A stretch of 20,000 bases of DNA, taken from the sequence record SRR22947727_1208. The stretch is one strand, 5' to 3'. A model generated the notes under the pieces. The model saw only the letters and a list, made by a program, of their open reading frames with translations. It did no database searches and was not told where the DNA came from. This document shows, piece by piece, positions 17,087 to 20,000 of this stretch. Every line of letters begins with the position of its first letter. The first letter of the stretch is position 1. Position numbers and translations under genes: made by a program.

Positions 17087-17664
17087 TGTCTGATTTAAAT
17101 GATTTGTTTGATTACGAAAACAGACCAAAGAAAAAGAATCCATTTCGTAGTAAACCAATTCCAAAGAGTAGAATAGAGTGGGCAATACGCAGCACATTGT
17201 CAATTAAGGCTGCTGCTCGTCATCTTGGTATCGCATATAATACATTTAAGAAGTACGCAAAAATGTATGACTTATTTGAACAAAATAAAAATCAAGCGGG
17301 TGTTGGTATCACATCAAAGGGTAATACAGGATGGGGAGTAAAGATACAAGATTTATTTGATGGTAAACATCCTAACTATCCACATTGGAAATTACAAGAA
17401 AGAATAGTAAGAGATGGTTATCTAAAACAAGAGTGTTCCAATTGTGGTTATGATGACTATAGAGAAAAAGATATGAGAGGCCCGTATCTAATATGTTTCC
17501 TCGATGGTGATTCTAAAAATCATTCGTTAGATAACTTACATCTACTATGTTATAATTGTTTCTATATAATGAAGCCAACAGGTAAAATGTTAACCACACC
17601 TAAAAATACCACATTATTACGCAAAAAATTAGAAGAAGTGTGGGTGGAAAAGGATGATGATTAA
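17086..17664 (+). CDS. HTH-like domain plus degenerate HNH/Zn-finger domain protein
   Basis: SIKAAARHLGIAYNTFKKY (HTH-like); CSNC...FLDGDSKNHSLDNLHLLCYNC (HNH-like with two CxxC pairs). Confidence 0.7.
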   Translation: MSDLNDLFDYENRPKKKNPFRSKPIPKSRIEWAIRSTLSIKAAARHLGIAYNTFKKYAKMYDLFEQNKNQAGVGITSKGNTGWGVKIQDLFDGKHPNYPHWKLQERIVRDGYLKQECSNCGYDDYREKDMRGPYLICFLDGDSKNHSLDNLHLLCYNCFYIMKPTGKMLTTPKNTTLLRKKLEEVWVEKDDD

Positions 17665-17711
17665 TATTTATATAGTAACGACCAACGATTCCTTCGTGGT
17701 TTATGACATAT

Positions 17712-17783
17712 ATGACCGAATTGGTATTAACAATCTTAGCAGTCCTATATTGGACGTGGTTACTAAGATACGTAAGGAAATAA
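17712..17783 (+). CDS. Putative hydrophobic microprotein MTELVLTILAVLYWTWLLRYVRK
   Basis: Fills the gap before 17787 (in-frame alternative ATG at 17703); single hydrophobic helix with basic tail; no clear RBS. Confidence 0.4.
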   Translation: MTELVLTILAVLYWTWLLRYVRK

Positions 17784-17786
17784 TAA

Positions 17787-18071
17787 ATGAATCAATCAGA
17801 TAGAAAAGAATTCGACTTAATACACGAGAAAATAGATACTATAAAGAATACCATTAATGAAATAAAAATTCACAATGAAGCTGAACATATGAAGAACAGA
17901 GCTGATTTGAAATTCATTAAAGATAATATGTTTGACCCACATACAGGATTATGGGCCGAAACAAAACAAAATACACAATTCAGACAATCAACGTCAAAGT
18001 GGAGAGGTATCATAGGCACAGGTTTCATAGGGTTATTTGTTAAACACGTGTGGGATATGTTTCATCCGTAA
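17787..18071 (+). CDS. Hypothetical coiled-coil protein with C-terminal hydrophobic segment
   Basis: TAAGGA RBS; heptad-like N-terminus; GIIGTGFIGLFV near the C-terminus. Confidence 0.65.
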   Translation: MNQSDRKEFDLIHEKIDTIKNTINEIKIHNEAEHMKNRADLKFIKDNMFDPHTGLWAETKQNTQFRQSTSKWRGIIGTGFIGLFVKHVWDMFHP

Positions 18072-18072
18072 A

Positions 18073-18390
18073 ATGTATGACCATTACAAAACAGTTCCAG
18101 ACCCAGCTCAAAGAGTTAATCACAAAAAGAAAAAACCAAAATTAATAGCAGTAGTAGATGAAGACAATTGCACAGGTTGTCAAGTATGTGTGCCGTTCTG
18201 TCCAGTAGATTGTATAGAGCCAGTACCAAAGGATAAATATGACATACCAATACCACCAGTACAAATAAGATTTGATGAGTGCATAGGTTGTCAGATATGT
18301 GCAAAGGTATGTACAAAACTAACGTGGGATGCTATCAGAATGTTAAAGACAGAGGAATTTGAGGAAGTTTACGACTATGAAATCTCGTAA
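18073..18390 (+). CDS. 2x[4Fe-4S] dicluster ferredoxin-like protein
   Basis: CTGCQVCVPFCP and CIGCQICAKVC motifs; likely start ATG 18073, just after the previous stop. Confidence 0.85.
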   Translation: MYDHYKTVPDPAQRVNHKKKKPKLIAVVDEDNCTGCQVCVPFCPVDCIEPVPKDKYDIPIPPVQIRFDECIGCQICAKVCTKLTWDAIRMLKTEEFEEVYDYEIS

Positions 18391-18429
18391 ATAGAGGAAG
18401 TTAAAAAAATTTTGTAATAAAAAAAAAGT

Positions 18430-18452
18430 TTGTTATATATATGATTAAGAGA
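18430..18452 (+). promoter_or_regulatory. Putative promoter-like motif, copy 2
   Basis: TTGTTATATATATGATTAAGAGA, near-identical to 6688..6711. Confidence 0.5.
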
Positions 18453-18503
18453 GACACCCGATAAGACTCTCAATACCCGACACCGTTAGATTAGGAAACA
18501 TAA

Positions 18504-18815
18504 ATGAAAGGCATAGAAAAACTTTTAGCTCTATCACTATTGTGTACTACAATCGTAGGCACATCACCCAAAAAAACAAATCCAACATTGACAACATTGA
18601 AATGGAAATCCTCCGAAATCCTATCGGATTCCGAAGGTAAAAAACCCTTCCAAAGACTCAAGCCATCAAACCTATTGGATATTTGGCCCGAAAGACGAAT
18701 CAAACACCACTACATTGAAGACCTTAACTTTGAAATAATGCAAGTAGACGATAACACTTTTCAAGTGCTTGGAAGTCCAATCGAATGGGGTGAATACGAG
18801 GGGGGAGTCAAATGA
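18504..18815 (+). CDS. Hypothetical protein with possible signal peptide
   Basis: TAGGA RBS; MKGIEKLLALSLLCTTIVG N-terminus. Confidence 0.6.
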   Translation: MKGIEKLLALSLLCTTIVGTSPKKTNPTLTTLKWKSSEILSDSEGKKPFQRLKPSNLLDIWPERRIKHHYIEDLNFEIMQVDDNTFQVLGSPIEWGEYEGGVK

Positions 18816-18922
18816 CCGAACAAGAAGAGGCCGTCAATAGAGATTTACTTTTCTTAATGATGGCGAGAGAGCCTCATTTCATCAAGAGACTATTGAAGAG
18901 GTGGTTGTGGTGTTTGAGATAA
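18812..18922 (+). CDS. Small hypothetical protein MTEQEEAVNRDLLFLMMAREPHFIKRLLKRWLWCLR (36 aa)
   Basis: ATGA coupling to the previous stop; GGGGGAG RBS. Confidence 0.5.
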   Translation: MTEQEEAVNRDLLFLMMAREPHFIKRLLKRWLWCLR

Positions 18923-18993
18923 TATTTTGGTTACTAGCCATAATGGGAATAGCTAATCTCTCTTATAACTTAGACAAGAGTCCGTTCAAATGA
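18910..18993 (+). CDS. Putative membrane microprotein MFEIIFWLLAIMGIANLSYNLDKSPFK (27 aa)
   Basis: GAGGTG RBS, GTG start; stop overlaps the next ATG (ATGA 18990-18993). Confidence 0.45.
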   Translation: MFEIIFWLLAIMGIANLSYNLDKSPFK

Positions 18994-19280
18994 TATCCGT
19001 AAACATATTCAAGACACTATATAACATTGGTCACATCATATATTATAAGACGTATAATAGTATTCTCTATCTAATTGATATGGCCTCTCCTTTCGATAGG
19101 AGCCTAATGAAAAGTCCAAATCAAATAGACAAGAATGATGATTTAGTCAACGATTATATAGATAGTTGGTATGAAGGAGATGATGTTGCAAAGATGTTAG
19201 GTCATATGGATAGTGATGGAAATTATATTAAAGACGAAAAATATAAACCGTATAGTGGGCCGGTATGTGAGACTCCGTGA
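18990..19280 (+). CDS. Hypothetical protein
   Basis: 96-aa ORF coupled on both sides; true start may be internal. Confidence 0.55.
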   Translation: MISVNIFKTLYNIGHIIYYKTYNSILYLIDMASPFDRSLMKSPNQIDKNDDLVNDYIDSWYEGDDVAKMLGHMDSDGNYIKDEKYKPYSGPVCETP

Positions 19281-19351
19281 TGGATTATATAATAGGATTA
19301 CTTATCTGCATCACGGTGGCATATAAGATTAAGAGGTTTTTAAATGAATAA
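19280..19351 (+). CDS. Putative membrane microprotein MDYIIGLLICITVAYKIKRFLNE (23 aa)
   Basis: TGATG coupling upstream and 8-nt overlap with 19344; hydrophobic helix plus basic tail. Confidence 0.45.
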   Translation: MDYIIGLLICITVAYKIKRFLNE

Positions 19352-19556
19352 GATTAAACAAGCCATAAAATACACCCTTCAATGTCTCGTATCAATATAT
19401 ATCGCACTAGAGATAGCCACTCCACCTAACCCATATAAGATGCAGATAATAGTGTTACTCTCATTACTGATAGCATTGAAACACGACATACCAGATAAGA
19501 TAGTATCCCTAATAGAGAGGCTGATAGTTAAGTGGCTGAATAGGAATTGGAAGTAA
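19344..19556 (+). CDS. Small protein with two hydrophobic segments
   Basis: GAGG RBS; segments YTLQCLVSIYIAL and IIVLLSLLIAL. Confidence 0.55.
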   Translation: MNKIKQAIKYTLQCLVSIYIALEIATPPNPYKMQIIVLLSLLIALKHDIPDKIVSLIERLIVKWLNRNWK

Positions 19557-19577
19557 TCTGCGGGCCCCCCCTGATAT

Positions 19578-19987
19578 ATCCCTATTATAGGCATCTGATA
19601 AAACCTTTTTAGCGACATCCCTAAATTTTGATTTTGGGGTATTTTTTATCCCTATAGAGATTGGAATGACGCCTAAATAACCCTATACACAATGGATATA
19701 GAGCCCTCTAATTTGACACACAAGACGAGATTATAGTGGAGTTGAGCTCCTATATACCCCCTATAATCTTATAGACATCTTTTAACACTACCCGAGAGTC
19801 TATCCCCAATTACCCACCTTTACCCACTATATGACACTCTCTTGAATATTTCATATTGAAGAATACTATATCGTATTGACAGGAAAGTATTACACGTCCT
19901 TGTCGCACGATTTTTTTTTGCCCATAGGCGTTTTGATAGTCTTGGGTGTCGAATCCAAGCTGTCATACCCCTTGTCATATTGTCATA
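19578..19987. repeat. Non-coding region with short dispersed repeats (AWCCCTAW, TTACCCAC, TGTCATA)
   Basis: AWCCCTAW at 19578, 19617, 19648, 19679; TTACCCAC at 19810, 19820; TGTCATA at 19961, 19973, 19981. Confidence 0.5.
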
Positions 19988-20000
19988 GCACTTTATTTTT

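Noticed and set aside
17733-17769. Hairpin ATCTTAG...GTCC/GGAC...CTAAGAT as an ncRNA
   Set aside because: Modest stem overlapping a plausible microprotein ORF; no family features.
99-19618. Minus-strand and nested ORFs from the track (e.g. 99..296, 1354..1926, 3015..3215, 6415..6759, 10235..10420, 14777..14998, 15954..16175, 18491..18703, 19379..19618)
   Set aside because: They overlap well-supported + strand genes and have no motifs or clear RBS; shadow frames.
19941-19960. tRNA T-arm-like GGGTGTCGAATCC
   Set aside because: Not the GTTCGA consensus, and no acceptor, D or anticodon stems could be formed.
1-20000. CRISPR array, transposon, intron/intein, or stop-codon reassignment
   Set aside because: No repeat-spacer array, transposase or splice motifs seen. 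Genes are intact under the standard code, with TAA, TGA and TAG all used as stops.

Overview
AT-rich window (roughly 30% GC by eye) with densely packed genes, all on the + strand and mostly translationally coupled. Bases 1-15.7 kb hold a sugar/glycan biosynthesis and modification cluster: two different split transketolases, a shikimate-dehydrogenase-like oxidoreductase, a GatZ/KbaZ-like TIM-barrel protein, a NodU/CmcH carbamoyltransferase, a cobalamin-binding radical SAM enzyme, a GMD/RMD-like SDR, an RmlC-like epimerase, several glycosyltransferase-like proteins (two paralogs and a kinase-like::GT2 fusion), an NDP-sugar epimerase and a cupin. The only sizeable gap (6663-6855) looks like a regulatory switch: a 17-codon leader ORF, competing hairpins, an intrinsic terminator that hides a Shine-Dalgarno, and a 7-codon mini-ORF coupled to the radical SAM gene. 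Bases 15.7-19.55 kb carry small phage-style ORFs (lipoprotein, HTH plus degenerate HNH, 2x[4Fe-4S] ferredoxin, membrane microproteins). A C-rich non-coding end region has short repeats. CATG, GATC and GGWCC appear strongly avoided. The overall picture fits a large phage genome, but this is inference: no capsid, terminase or polymerase gene is in the window. All calls come from motif reading by eye, with no database search.
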